Positions 13,301 to 28,300 of a DNA stretch of 64,000 nt are shown in pieces (position 1 is the stretch's first letter; every line of letters starts with the position of its first letter). The position numbers and the translations under genes were made by a program. The notes under the pieces were generated by a model. That model worked only from the letters and a program-made list of their open reading frames with translations, had not been told where the DNA came from and searched no databases. The stretch comes from Eledone cirrhosa (Eukaryota), in contig OZ024741.1 of assembly GCA_964016885.1 (NCBI GenBank), forward strand, positions 416,082,001 to 416,146,000, read 5' to 3'.

Positions 13301-16300
13301 GGGGTCTGTTATATTAAATGGGGTCTCTGTTATATTAACTGGGGCCTCGGTTATATTAACTGGGGTCTCGGTTATATTAACTGGGGCCTCTGTAATATTA
13401 ACTGGGGTCTCTGTTATATTAACTGGGGTCTCTGTTATATTAACTGGGGCATCTATTATATTAACTGGGGTCTCTGTTATATTAATTGGGGTCACTGTTA
13501 TATTAACTGGGGTCTGTTATCTTAACTGGGGTCTCTGTTATATTAACTGGGGTCTCTGTTATATTAACTGGGTTCTGTTATTAACTGGGGCCTCTATTAT
13601 ATTAACTGAGGTCTCTGTTATATTAACTGGGGGTCTGCTATATTAACTGGGGTCTCTGTTATATTAACTGGGGTCTCTGTTATATTAACTGGGGTCTCTG
13701 TTATATTAACTGGGGTCTCGGTTATATTAACTGGGGCCTCTGTTATATTAACTGGGGCCTCTATTATATTAACTGGGGTCTGTTATATTAACTGGGGTCT
13801 CTGTAATATTAACTGGGGTCTCTGTTATATATACTGGGGTCTCTGTAATATTAAATGGGGCCTCTATTATATTACCTGGGTCCTCTGTTATATTAACTGG
13901 GGTCTCTATTATATTAACTGGGTTCTCTGTTATATTAACTGGGGTCTCTGTTATATTAACTGAGGTCTCTGTAATATTAACTGCATTCTCTGTTATATTA
14001 ACTGGGGCTTCTATTACATTAACTGGGTTCTCTGTTATATTAACTGGGGTCTCTGTTATATTAACTGGGGTCTCGGTTATATTAACTGGGGTCTCTGTTA
14101 TATTAACTGAGGCCTCTGTTATATTAACTGGGGCCTCTATTATATTAACTGGGGTCCCTGTTATATTAACTGGGGTCTCTGTTATATTAACTGGGGTCAT
14201 TTATCTTAACTGGGGTCTCTGTTATATTAACTGGGGTCTCTGTTATATTAACTGGGGTCTCTGTTATATTAACTGGGTTCTCTGTTATATTAACTGGGGT
14301 CTGTTATATTAACTGGGGCCTCTTTTATATTAACTGAGGTCTCTGTTATATTAACTGGGGTCTCTGTTATATTAACTGGGGTCTCTGTTATATTAACTGG
14401 GGTCTCTGTTATATTAACTGGGATCTCTGTTATATTAACTGGGGTCTGTTATATTAACTGGGGTCTCTGTTATATTAACTGGAGTCTCTGTTATATTAAC
14501 TGGGGTCTCTGTTATATTAACTGGGGCCTCTATTATATTAACTGAGGTCTCTGTTATATTAACTGGGGTCTCTGTTATATTAACTGGGGTATGTTATATT
14601 AACTGGGGTCCCTGTTATATTAACTGGGGTCTCTATTATATTAACTGGGGTCTCTGTTATATTTACTGGGGTCTCTATTATATTAACTGAGGTCTCTGTT
14701 ATATTAACTGTGGTCTCTGTTATATTAACTGGGATCTCTGTTATATTAACTGGGGTCTCTGTTATATTAACTGGGGTCTCTGTTATATTAACTGGGGTCT
14801 CTGTTATATTAACTGGGGTATGTTATATTAACTGGGGTCTCTATTATATTAACTGAGGTCTCTGTTATATTAACTGGGGTCTCTGTTATATTAACTGGGG
14901 TATGTTATATTAACTGGGGTCCCTGTTATATTAACTGGGGTCTCTATTATATTAACTGGGGTCTCTGTTATATTAACTGGGGTCTCTGTTATATTAACTG
15001 GGGTCTCTGTTATATTAACTGGGGCCTCTGTTATATTAACTGGGGCCTCTGTTATATTAACTCGGGTCTCTGTTATATTAACTGAGGTCTCTGTTATATT
15101 AACTGGGTCTCTGTTATATTAACTGGGGTATGTTATATTAACTGGGGTCTCTGTTATATTAACTGGGGTCTCTATTATATTAACTGGGGCCTCTGTTATA
15201 TTAACTGAGGTCTCTGTTATATTAACTGGGGTCTCTGTTATATTAACTGGGGTATGTTATATTAACTGGGGTATGTTATATTAACTGGGGTCTCTGTGAT
15301 ATTAACTGGGGTCTCTGTTATATTAACTGGGGTCTCTGTTATATTAAATGGTGTCTCTGTTATATTAACTGGGGTCTCTGTTATATTAACTGGGGCCTCT
15401 GTTATATTAACTGGGGCCTCTGTTATATTAACTGGGGTCCCTGTTATATTAACTGGGGTCTCTATTATATTAACTGGGGTCTCTGTTATATTTACTGGGG
15501 TCTCTATTATATTAACTGGGATCTCTGTTATATTAACTGGGGTCTCTGTTATATTAACTGGGGTCTCTGTTATATTAACTGGGGTCTCTGTTATATTAAC
15601 TGGGGTATGTTATATTAACTGGGGTCTCTGTTATATTAACTGGGGTCTCTGTTATATTAACTGGGGTCTCTGTTATATTAACTGAGGTCCCTGTTATATT
15701 AACTGGGGTATGTTATATTAACTGGGGTCTCTGTTATATTAACTGGGGTCTCTGTTATATTAACTGGGGTCTCTGTTATATTAACTGGGGTCTCTGTTAT
15801 ATTAACTGGGGCCTCTGTTATATTAACTGGGGCCTCTGTTATATTAACTCGGGTCTCTGTTATATTAACTGAGGTCTCTGTTATATTAACTGGGTCTCTG
15901 TTATATTAACTGGGGTATGTTATATTAACTGGGGTCTCTGTTATATTAACTGGGGTCTCTATTATATTAACTGGGGCCTCTGTTATATTAACTGAGGTCT
16001 CTGTTATATTAACTGGGGTCTCTGTTATATTAACTGGGGTCTCTGTTATATTAATTGGTGTCTCTGTTATATTAACTGGGGTCTCTGTTATATTAACTGG
16101 GGCCTCTGTTATATTAACTGGGGCCTCTGTTATATTAACTGGGGCCTCTATTATATTAACTGGGGTCTCTGTTATATTAACTGGGGTCTCTGTTATATTA
16201 ACTGGGGTCTGTTATATTAACTGAGATCTCTGTTATATTAACTGGGGTCTGTTATATTAACTGGGGTCTCTGTTATATTAACTGGGGTCTCTGTTATATT

Positions 16301-19300
16301 AACTGGGGTCTGTTATATTAAATGGGGTCTCTGTTATATTAACTGGGGCCTCGGTTATATTAACTGGGGTCTCGGTTATATTAACTGGGGCCTCTGTAAT
16401 ATTAACTGGGGTCTCTGTTATATTAACTGGGGTCTCTGTTATATTAACTGGGGCATCTATTATATTAACTGGGGTCTCTGTTATATTAATTGGGGTCACT
16501 GTTATATTAACTGGGGTCTGTTATCTTAACTGGGGTCTCTGTTATATTAACTGGGGTCTCTGTTATATTAACTGGGTTCTGTTATTAACTGGGGCCTCTA
16601 TTATATTAACTGAGGTCTCTGTTATATTAACTGGGGGTCTGCTATATTAACTGGGGTCTCTGTTATATTAACTGGGGTCTCTGTTATATTAACTGGGGTC
16701 TCTGTTATATTAACTGGGGTCTCGGTTATATTAACTGGGGCCTCTGTTATATTAACTGGGGCCTCTATTATATTAACTGGGGTCTGTTATATTAACTGGG
16801 GTCTCTGTAATATTAACTGGGGTCTCTGTTATATATACTGGGGTCTCTGTAATATTAAATGGGGCCTCTATTATATTACCTGGGTCCTCTGTTATATTAA
16901 CTGGGGTCTCTATTATATTAACTGGGTTCTCTGTTATATTAACTGGGGTCTCTGTTATATTAACTGAGGTCTCTGTAATATTAACTGCATTCTCTGTTAT
17001 ATTAACTGGGGCTTCTATTACATTAACTGGGTTCTCTGTTATATTAACTGGGGTCTCTGTTATATTAACTGGGGTCTCGGTTATATTAACTGGGGTCTCT
17101 GTTATATTAACTGAGGCCTCTGTTATATTAACTGGGGCCTCTATTATATTAACTGGGGTCCCTGTTATATTAACTGGGGTCTCTGTTATATTAACTGGGG
17201 TCATTTATCTTAACTGGGGTCTCTGTTATATTAACTGGGGTCTCTGTTATATTAACTGGGGTCTCTGTTATATTAACTGGGTTCTCTGTTATATTAACTG
17301 GGGTCTGTTATATTAACTGGGGCCTCTTTTATATTAACTGAGGTCTCTGTTATATTAACTGGGGTCTCTGTTATATTAACTGGGGTCTCTGTTATATTAA
17401 CTGGGGTCTCTGTTATATTAACTGGGATCTCTGTTATATTAACTGGGGTCTGTTATATTAACTGGGGTCTCTGTTATATTAACTGGAGTCTCTGTTATAT
17501 TAACTGGGGTCTCTGTTATATTAACTGGGGCCTCTATTATATTAACTGAGGTCTCTGTTATATTAACTGGGGTCTCTGTTATATTAACTGGGGTATGTTA
17601 TATTAACTGGGGTCCCTGTTATATTAACTGGGGTCTCTATTATATTAACTGGGGTCTCTGTTATATTTACTGGGGTCTCTATTATATTAACTGAGGTCTC
17701 TGTTATATTAACTGTGGTCTCTGTTATATTAACTTGGATCTCTGTTATATTAACTGGGGTCTCTGTTATATTAACTGGGGTCTCTGTTATATTAACTGGG
17801 GTCTCTGTTATATTAACTGGGGTATGTTATATTAACTGGGGTCTCTGTTATATTAACTGGGGTCTCTGTTATATTAACTGGGGTCTCTGTTATATTAACT
17901 GGGGTCTCTGTTATATTAACTGGTGTCTCTTTTATATTAACTGGAATCTCTGTTATATTAACTAGGGTTTCTGTTATATTAACTGGGGCCTCTGTTATAT
18001 GAACTGGGGCCTCTATTATATTAACTGGGGTCTCTGTTATATTAACTGGGGTCTCTGTTATATTAACTGGGGTCTGTTATATTAACTGAGATCTCTGTTA
18101 TATTAACTGGGGTCTGTTATATTAACTGGGGTCTCTGTTATATTAACTGGGGCCTCTATTATATTAACTGGGGTCTCTGTAATATTAACTGGGGTCTTGG
18201 TTATATTAACTGGGGCCTCTGTTATATTAACTGGGGTCTCTGTTATATTAACTTGGGTCTCTGTTATATTAACTGGGGCCTCTGTTATATTAACTGGGGT
18301 CTCTGTTATATTAACTGGGGTCTGTTATATTAAATGGGGTCTCTGTTATATTAACTGGGGCCTCTGTTATATTAACTGGGGTCTCGGTTATATTAACTGG
18401 GGCCTCTGTAATATTAACTGGGGTCTCTGTTATATTAACTGGGGTCTCTGTTATATTAACTGGGGCATCTATTATATTAACTGGGGTCTCTGTTATATTA
18501 ATTGGGGTCACTGTTATATTAACTGGGGTCTGTTATCTTAACTGGGGTCTCTGTTATATTAACTGGGGTCTCTGTTATATTAACTGGGTTCTGTTATTAA
18601 CTGGGGCCTCTATTATATTAACTGAGGTCTCTGTTATATTAACTGGGGGTCTGCTATATTAACTGGGGTCTCTGTTATATTAACTGGGGTCTCTGTTATA
18701 TTAACTGGGGTCTCTGTTATATTAAATGGGGTCTCGGTTATATTAACTGGGGCCTCTGTTATATTAACTGGGGCCTCTATTATATTAACTGGGGTCTGTT
18801 ATATTAACTGGGGTCTCTGTAATATTAACTGGGGTCTCTGTTATATTTACTGGGGTCTCTGTAATATTAACTGGGGCCTCTATTATATTACCTGGGTCCT
18901 CTGTTATATTAACTGGGGTCTCTATTATATTAACTGGGTTCTCTGTTATATTAACTGGGGTCTCTGTTATATTAACTGAGGTCTCTGTAATATTAACTGC
19001 GTTCTCTGTTATATTAACTGGGGCTTCTATTATATTAACTGGGTTCTCTGTTATATTAACTGGGGTCTCTGTTATATTAACTGGGGTCTCGGTTATATTA
19101 ACTGGGGTCTCTGTTATATTAACTGAGGCCTCTGTTATATTAACTGGGGCCTCTATTATATTAACTGGGGTCTCTGTTATATTAACTGGGGTCTCTGTTA
19201 TATTAACTGGGGTCTGTTATCTTAACTGGGGTCTCTGTTATATTAACTGGGGTCTCTGTTATATTAACTGGGGTCTCTGTTATATTAACTGGGTTCTCTG

Positions 19301-22300
19301 TTATATTAACTGGGGTCTGTTATATTAACTGGGGCCTCTTTTATATTAAGTGAGGTCTCTGTTATATTAACTGGGGTCTCTGTTATATTAACTGGCGTAT
19401 GTTATATTAACTGGGGCCTCTGTAATATTAACTGGGGTATGTTATATTAACTGGGGTCTCTGTTATATTAACTGGGGTCTCTGTTATATTAACTGGGGTC
19501 TCTGTTATATTAACTGGGATCTCTGTTATATTAACTGGGGTCTGTTATATTAACTGGGGTCTCTGTTATATTAACTGGAGTCTCTGTTATATTAACTGGG
19601 GTCTCTGTTATATTAACTGGGGCCTCTATTATATTAACTGAGGTCTCTGTTATATTAACTGGGGTCTCTGTTATATTAACTGGGGTATGTTATATTAACT
19701 GGGGTCCCTGTTATATTAACTGGGGTCTCTATTATATTAACTGGGGTCTCTGTTATATTTACTGGGGTCTCTATTATATTAACTGGGATCTCTGTTATAT
19801 TAACTGGGGTCTCTGTTATATTAACTGGGGTCTCTGTTATATTAACTGGGGTCTCTGTTATATTAACTGGGGTATGTTATATTAACTGGGGTCTCTGTTA
19901 TATTAACTGGGGTCTCTGTTATATTAACTGGGGTCTCTGTTATATTAACTGAGGTCCCTGTTATATTAACTGGGGTATGTTATATTAACTGGGGTCTCTG
20001 TTATATTAACTGGGGTCTCTGTTATATTAACTGGGGTCTCTGTTATATTAACTGGGGTCTCTGTTATATTAACTGGGGCCTCTGTTATATTAACTGGGGC
20101 CTCTGTTATATTAACTCGGGTCTCTGTTATATTAACTGAGGTCTCTGTTATATTAACTGGGTCTCTGTTATATTAACTGGGGTATGTTATATTAACTGGG
20201 GTCTCTGTTATATTAACTGGGGTCTCTATTATATTAACTGGGGCCTCTGTTATATTAACTGAGGTCTCTGTTATATTAACTGGGGTCTCTGTTATATTAA
20301 CTGGGGTCTCTGTTATATTAATTGGTGTCTCTGTTATATTAACTGGGGTCTCTGTTATATTAACTGGGGCCTCTGTTATATTAACTGGGGCCTCTGTTAT
20401 ATTAACTGGGGCCTCTATTATATTAACTGGGGTCTCTGTTATATTAACTGGGGTCTCTGTTATATTAACTGGGGTCTGTTATATTAACTGAGATCTCTGT
20501 TATATTAACTGGGGTCTGTTATATTAACTGGGGTCTCTGTTATATTAACTGGGGTCTCTGTTATATTAACTGGGGTCTGTTATATTAAATGGGGTCTCTG
20601 TTATATTAACTGGGGCCTCGGTTATATTAACTGGGGTCTCGGTTATATTAACTGGGGCCTCTGTAATATTAACTGGGGTCTCTGTTATATTAACTGGGGT
20701 CTCTGTTATATTAACTGGGGCATCTATTATATTAACTGGGGTCTCTGTTATATTAATTGGGGTCACTGTTATATTAACTGGGGTCTGTTATCTTAACTGG
20801 GGTCTCTGTTATATTAACTGGGGTCTCTGTTATATTAACTGGGTTCTGTTATTAACTGGGGCCTCTATTATATTAACTGAGGTCTCTGTTATATTAACTG
20901 GGGGTCTGCTATATTAACTGGGGTCTCTGTTATATTAACTGGGGTCTCTGTTATATTAACTGGGGTCTCTGTTATATTAACTGGGGTCTCGGTTATATTA
21001 ACTGGGGCCTCTGTTATATTAACTGGGGCCTCTATTATATTAACTGGGGTCTGTTATATTAACTGGGGTCTCTGTAATATTAACTGGGGTCTCTGTTATA
21101 TATACTGGGGTCTCTGTAATATTAAATGGGGCCTCTATTATATTACCTGGGTCCTCTGTTATATTAACTGGGGTCTCTATTATATTAACTGGGTTCTCTG
21201 TTATATTAACTGGGGTCTCTGTTATATTAACTGAGGTCTCTGTAATATTAACTGCATTCTCTGTTATATTAACTGGGGCTTCTATTACATTAACTGGGTT
21301 CTCTGTTATATTAACTGGGGTCTCTGTTATATTAACTGGGGTCTCGGTTATATTAACTGGGGTCTCTGTTATATTAACTGAGGCCTCTGTTATATTAACT
21401 GGGGCCTCTATTATATTAACTGGGGTCCCTGTTATATTAACTGGGGTCTCTGTTATATTAACTGGGGTCATTTATCTTAACTGGGGTCTCTGTTATATTA
21501 ACTGGGGTCTCTGTTATATTAACTGGGGTCTCTGTTATATTAACTGGGTTCTCTGTTATATTAACTGGGGTCTGTTATATTAACTGGGGCCTCTTTTATA
21601 TTAACTGAGGTCTCTGTTATATTAACTGGGGTCTCTGTTATATTAACTGGGGTCTCTGTTATATTAACTGGGGTCTCTGTTATATTAACTGGGATCTCTG
21701 TTATATTAACTGGGGTCTGTTATATTAACTGGGGTCTCTGTTATATTAACTGGAGTCTCTGTTATATTAACTGGGGTCTCTGTTATATTAACTGGGGCCT
21801 CTATTATATTAACTGAGGTCTCTGTTATATTAACTGGGGTCTCTGTTATATTAACTGGGGTATGTTATATTAACTGGGGTCCCTGTTATATTAACTGGGG
21901 TCTCTATTATATTAACTGGGGTCTCTGTTATATTTACTGGGGTCTCTATTATATTAACTGAGGTCTCTGTTATATTAACTGTGGTCTCTGTTATATTAAC
22001 TGGGATCTCTGTTATATTAACTGGGGTCTCTGTTATATTAACTGGGGTCTCTGTTATATTAACTGGGGTCTCTGTTATATTAACTGGGGTATGTTATATT
22101 AACTGGGGTCTCTGTTATATTAACTGGGGTCTCTGTTATATTAACTGGGGTCTCTGTTATATTAACTGAGGTCCCTGTTATATTAACTGGGGTATGTTAT
22201 ATTAACTGGGGTCTCTGTTATATTAACTGGGGTCTCTGTTATATTAACTGGGGTCTCTGTTATATTAACTGGGGTCTCTGTTATATTAACTGGGGCCTCT

Positions 22301-25300
22301 GTTATATTAACTGGGGCCTCTGTTATATTAACTCGGGTCTCTGTTATATTAACTGAGGTCTCTGTTATATTAACTGGGTCTCTGTTATATTAACTGGGGT
22401 ATGTTATATTAACTGGGGTCTCTGTTATATTAACTGGGGTCTCTATTATATTAACTGGGGCCTCTGTTATATTAACTGAGGTCTCTGTTATATTAACTGG
22501 GGTCTCTGTTATATTAACTGGGGTATGTTATATTAACTGGGGTATGTTATATTAACTGGGGTCTCTGTGATATTAACTGGGGTCTCTGTTATATTAACTG
22601 GGGTCTCTGTTATATTAAATGGTGTCTCTGTTATATTAACTGGGGTCTCTGTTATATTAACTGGGGCCTCTGTTATATTAACTGGGGCCTCTGTTATATT
22701 AACTGGGGCCTCTATTATATTAACTGGGGTCTCTGTTATATTAACTGGGGTCTCTGTTATATTACCTGGGGTCTGTTATATTAACTGAGATCTCTGTTAT
22801 ATTAACTGGGGTCTGTTATATTAACTGGGGTCTCTGTTATATTAACTGGGGTCTCTGTTATATTAACTGGGGCCTCTATTATATTAACTGGTGTCTCTGT
22901 AATATTAACTGGGGTCTTGGTTATATTAACTGGGGCCTCTGTTATATTAACAAGGGTTTCTGTTATATTAACTGGGGCCTCTGTTATATTAACTGGGGTC
23001 TCGGTTATATTAACTGGGGCCTCTGTTATATTAACTGGGGCCTCTGTTATATGAACTGGAGCCTCTATTATATTAACTGGGGTCTCTGTTATATTAACTG
23101 GGGTCTCTGTTATATTAACTGGGGTCTCTGTTATATCAACTGGGGCCTCTGTTATATTAACTGGGGCCTCTGTTATATTAACTGGGGTCTCTGTTATATT
23201 AACTGAGGTCTCTGTTATATTAACTGGGTCTCTGTTATATTAACTGGGGTATGTTATATTAACTGCGGTCTCTGTTATATTAGCTGGGGTCTCTATTATA
23301 TTAACTGGGGCCTCTGTTATATTAACTGAGGTCTCTGTTATATTAACTGGCGTCTCTGTTATATTAACTGGGGTATGTTATATTAACTGGGGTATGTTAT
23401 ATTAACTGCGGTCTCTGTTATATTAACTGGGGTCTCTGTTATATTAATTGGGTCTCTGTTATATTAAATGGTGATTCTGTTATATTAACTGGGGTCTCTG
23501 TTATATTAACTGGGGCCTCTGTTATATTAACTGGGGCCTCTGTTATATTAACTGGGGCCTCTATTATATTAACTGGGGTCTCTGTTATATTAACTGGGGT
23601 CTCTGTTATATTAACTGGGGTCTGTTATATTAACTGAGATCTCTGTTATATTAACTGGGGTCTGTTATATTAACTGGTGTCTCTGTTATATTAACTGGGG
23701 CCTCTATTATATTAACTGGGGTCTCTGTAATATTAACTGGGGTCTTGGTTATATTAACTGGGGCCTCTGTTATATTAACTGGGGTCTCTGTTATATTAAC
23801 TGGGGTCTCTGTTATATTAACTGGGGCCTCTGTTATATTAACTGGGGTCTCGGTTATATTAACTGGGGTCTCGGTTATATTAACTGGGGTCTCCTTTATA
23901 TTAACTGGGGTCTCTGTTATATTAACTGGGGCATCTATTATATTAACTGGGGTCTCTGTTATATTAATTGGGGTCTCTGTTATATTAACTGGGGTCTGTT
24001 ATCTTAACTGGGGTCTCTGTTATATTAACTGGGGTCTCTGTTATATTAACTGGGGTCTCTGTTATATTAACTGGGGTCTCTGTTATATTAACTGGGATCT
24101 CTGTTATATTAACTGGGGCCTCTGTTATATTAACTGGGATCTCTATTATATTAACTGGGGTCTGTTATATTAACTGGGGTCTCTGTTATATTAACTGGGG
24201 TCAGTTATATTAACTGGGGTCTGTTATATTAACTGGGGTCTGTTATATTAACTGTGGCCTCTGTTATCTTAACTGTGGTCTCTGTTATATTAACTGGGAT
24301 CTCTGTTATATTAACTGGGGTCTCTGTTATATTAACTGGTGTGTCTTTTATATTAACTGGAATCTCTGTTATATTAACTGGGGTTTCTGTTATATTAACT
24401 GGGGCCTCTATTATATTAACTGGGCTCTGTGTTATATTAACTGGGATCTCTGTTATATTAACTGGGGTCTCTGTTATATTAACTGGGGTCTCTGTTATAT
24501 TAACTGGGATCTCTGTGTTATATTAACTGGGATCTCTGTTATATTAACTGGGGTCTCTGTTATATTAACTGGGGTCTCTGTTATATTAACTGGGATCTCT
24601 GTAATATTAACTGGTGTCTCTGTTATATTAACTGGGGTCTCTGTTATATTAACTGGGGTCTCTGTTATATTAACTGGGGCCTCTATTATATTAACTGGGG
24701 TCTCTGTAATATTAACTGGGGTCTTGGTTATATTAACTGGGGCCTCTGTTATATTAACTGGGGTCTCTGTTATATTAACTTGGGTCTCTGTTTTATTAAC
24801 TGGGGCCTCTGTTATATTAACTGGGGTCTCTGTTATATTAACTGGGGTCTGTTATATTAAATGGGGTCTCTGTTATATTAACTGGGGCCTCTGTTATATT
24901 AACTGGGGTCTCGGTTATATTAACTGGGGCCTCTGTAATATTAACTGGGGTCTCTGTTATATTAACTGGGGTCTCTGTTATATTAACTGGGGCATCTATT
25001 ATATTAACTGGGGTCTCTGTTATATTAATTGGGGTCACTGTTATATTAACTGGGGTCTGTTATCTTAACTGGGGTCTCTGTTATATTAACTGGGGTCTCT
25101 GTTATATTAACTGGGTTCTGTTATTAACTGGGGCCTCTATTATATTAACTGAGGTCTCTGTTATATTAACTGGGAGTCTGCTATATTAACTGGGGTCTCT
25201 GTTATATTAACTGGGGTCTCTGTTATATTAACTGGGGTCTCGGTTATATTAACTGGGGCCTCTGTTATATTAACTGGGGCCTCTATTATATTAACTGGGG

Positions 25301-28300
25301 TCTGTTATATTAACTGGGGTCTCTGTAATATTAACTGGGGTCTCTGTTATATTTACTGGGGTCTCTGTAATATTAACTGGGGCCTCTATTATATTACCTG
25401 GGTCCTCTGTTATATTAACTGGGGTCTCTATTATATTAACTGGGTTCTCTGTTATATTAACTGGGGTCTCTGTTATATTAACTGAGGTCTCTGTAATATT
25501 AACTGCGTTCTCTGTTATATTAACTGCGGCTTCTATTATATTAACTGGGTTCTCTGCTATATTAACTGGGGTCTCTGTTATATTAACTGGGGTCTCGGTT
25601 ATATTAACTGGGGTCTCTGTTATATTAACTGAGGCCTCTGTTATATTAACTGGGGTCTCGGTTATATTAACTGGGGCCTCTGTTATATTAACTGGGGTCT
25701 CTGTTATATTAACTGGGGTCTCTGTTATATTAATTGGGGTCTCTGTTATATTAATTGGGATCTCTGTAATATTAACTGGTGTCTCTGTTATATTAACTGG
25801 GGTCTCTGTTATATTAACTGGGGCCTCTGTTATATTAACTGGGGCCTCTGTTATATGAACTGGGGCCTCTATTATATTAACTGGGGTCTCTGTTATATTA
25901 ACTGGGGTCTCTGTTATATTAACTGGGGTCTCTGTTATATTAACTGGGGTATGTTATATTAACTGGGGTCTCTGTTATATTAACTGGGGTCTCTATTATA
26001 TTAACTGGGGTCTCTGTTATATTTACTGGGGTCTCTATTATATTAACTGAGGTCTCTGTTATATTAACTGGGGTCTCTGTTATATTAACTGGGATTTCTG
26101 TTATATTAACTGGGGTCTCTATTATATTAACTGGGGTCTCTGTTATATTAACTGGGGTATGTTATATTAACTGGGGTCTCTGTTATATTAACTGGGGTCT
26201 CTGTTATATTAACTGGGGTCTCTGTTATATTAACTGAGGTCCCTGTTATATTAACTGGGGTATGTTATATTAACTGGGGTCTCTGTTATATTAACTGGGG
26301 TCTCTGTTATATTAAATGGTGTCTCTGTTATATTAACTGGGGTCTCTGTTATATTAACTGGGGCCTCTGTTATATTAACTGGGTCTCTGTTATATTAACT
26401 GGGGTATGTTATATTAACTGGGGTCTCTGTTATATTAACTGGGGTCTCTATTATATTAACTGGGGCCTCTGTTATATTAACTGAGGTCTCTGTTATATTA
26501 ACTGGGGTCTCTGTTATATTAACTGGGGTATGTTATATTAACTGGGGTATGTTATATTAACTGGGATCTCTGTTATATTAACTGGGGTCTCTGTTATATT
26601 AACTGGGGTCTCTGTTATATTAAATGGTGTCTCTGTTATATTAACTGGGGTCTCTGTTATATTAACTGGGGCCTCTGTTATATTAACTGGGGCCTCTGTT
26701 ATATTAACTGGGGCCTCTATTATATTAACTGGGGTCTCTGTTATATTAACTGGGGTCTCTGTTATATTAACTGGGGTCTGTTATATTAACTGAGATCTCT
26801 GTTATATTAACTGGGGTCTGTTATATTAACTGGGGTCTCTGTTATATTAACTGGGGTCTCTGTTATATTAACTGGGGTCTCTGTAATATTAACTGGGGTC
26901 TTGGTTATATTAACTGGGGCCTCTGTTATATTAACTGGGGTCTCTGTTATATTAACTGGGGTCTCTGTTATATTAACTGGGGCCTCTGTTATATTAACTG
27001 GGGTCTCGGTTATATTAACTGGGGCCTCTGTTATATTAACTGGGGTCTCTGTTATATTAACTGGGGTCTCTGTTATATTAACTGGGGCATCTATTATATT
27101 AACTGGGGTCTCTGTTATATTAATTGGGGTCTCTGTTATATTAACTGGGGTCTGTTATCTTAACTGGGGTCTCTGTTATATTAACTGGGGTCTCTGTTAT
27201 ATTAACTGGGTTCTGTTATTAACTGGGGCCTCTATTATATTAACTGAGGTCTCTGTTATATTAACTGGGGTCTGCTATATTAACTGGGGTCTCTGTTATT
27301 TTAACTGGGGTCTCTGTTATATTAACCGGGGTCTCTATTATATTAACTGGGGTCGCTGTTATATTAACTGGGGTCTCTGTTATATTAACTGGGGTCTGTT
27401 ATATTAACTGGGGTCTCTGTAATATTAACTGGGGTCTCTGTTATATTTACTGGGGTCTCTGTAATATTAACTGGGGCCTCTATTATATTACCTGGGTCCT
27501 CTGTTATATTAACTGGGGTCTCTATTATATTAACTGGGTTCTCTGTTATATTAACTGGGGTCTCTGTTATATTAACTGAGGTCTCTGTAATATTAACTGC
27601 GTTCTCTGTTATATTAACTGGGGCTTCTATTATATTAACTGGGTTCTCTGTTATATTAACTGGGGTCTCGGTTATATTAACTGGGGTCTCTGTTATATTA
27701 ACTGAGGCCTCTGTTATATTAACTGGGGTCTCTATTATATTAACTGGGGTCTCTGTTATATTAACTGGGGTCTCTGTTATATTAACTGGGGTCTGTTATC
27801 TTAACTGGGGTCTCTGTTATATTAACTGGGGTCTCTGTTATATTAACCGGGTTCTCTGTTATATTAACTGGGGTCTGTTATATTAACTGGGGCCTCTGTT
27901 ATATTAACTGGGGTCTCTGTTATATTAACTGAGGTCTCTGTTATATTAACTGGGTCTCTGTTATATTAACTGGGGTATGTTATATTAACTGCGGTCTCTG
28001 TTATATTAACTGGGGTCTCTGTTATATTAACTGGGGTCTCTGTTATATTAAATGGTGACTCTGTTATATTAACTGGGGTCTCTGTTATATTAACTGGGGC
28101 CTCTGTTATATTAACTGGGGCCTCTGTTATATTAACTGGGGCCTCTATTATATTAACTGGGGTCTCTGTTATATTAACTGGGGTCTCTGTTATATTAACT
28201 GGGGTCTGTTATATTAACTGAGATCTCTGTTATATTAACTGGGGTCTGTTATATTAACTGCGGTCTCTGTTATATTAACTGGGGTCTCTGTTATATTAAC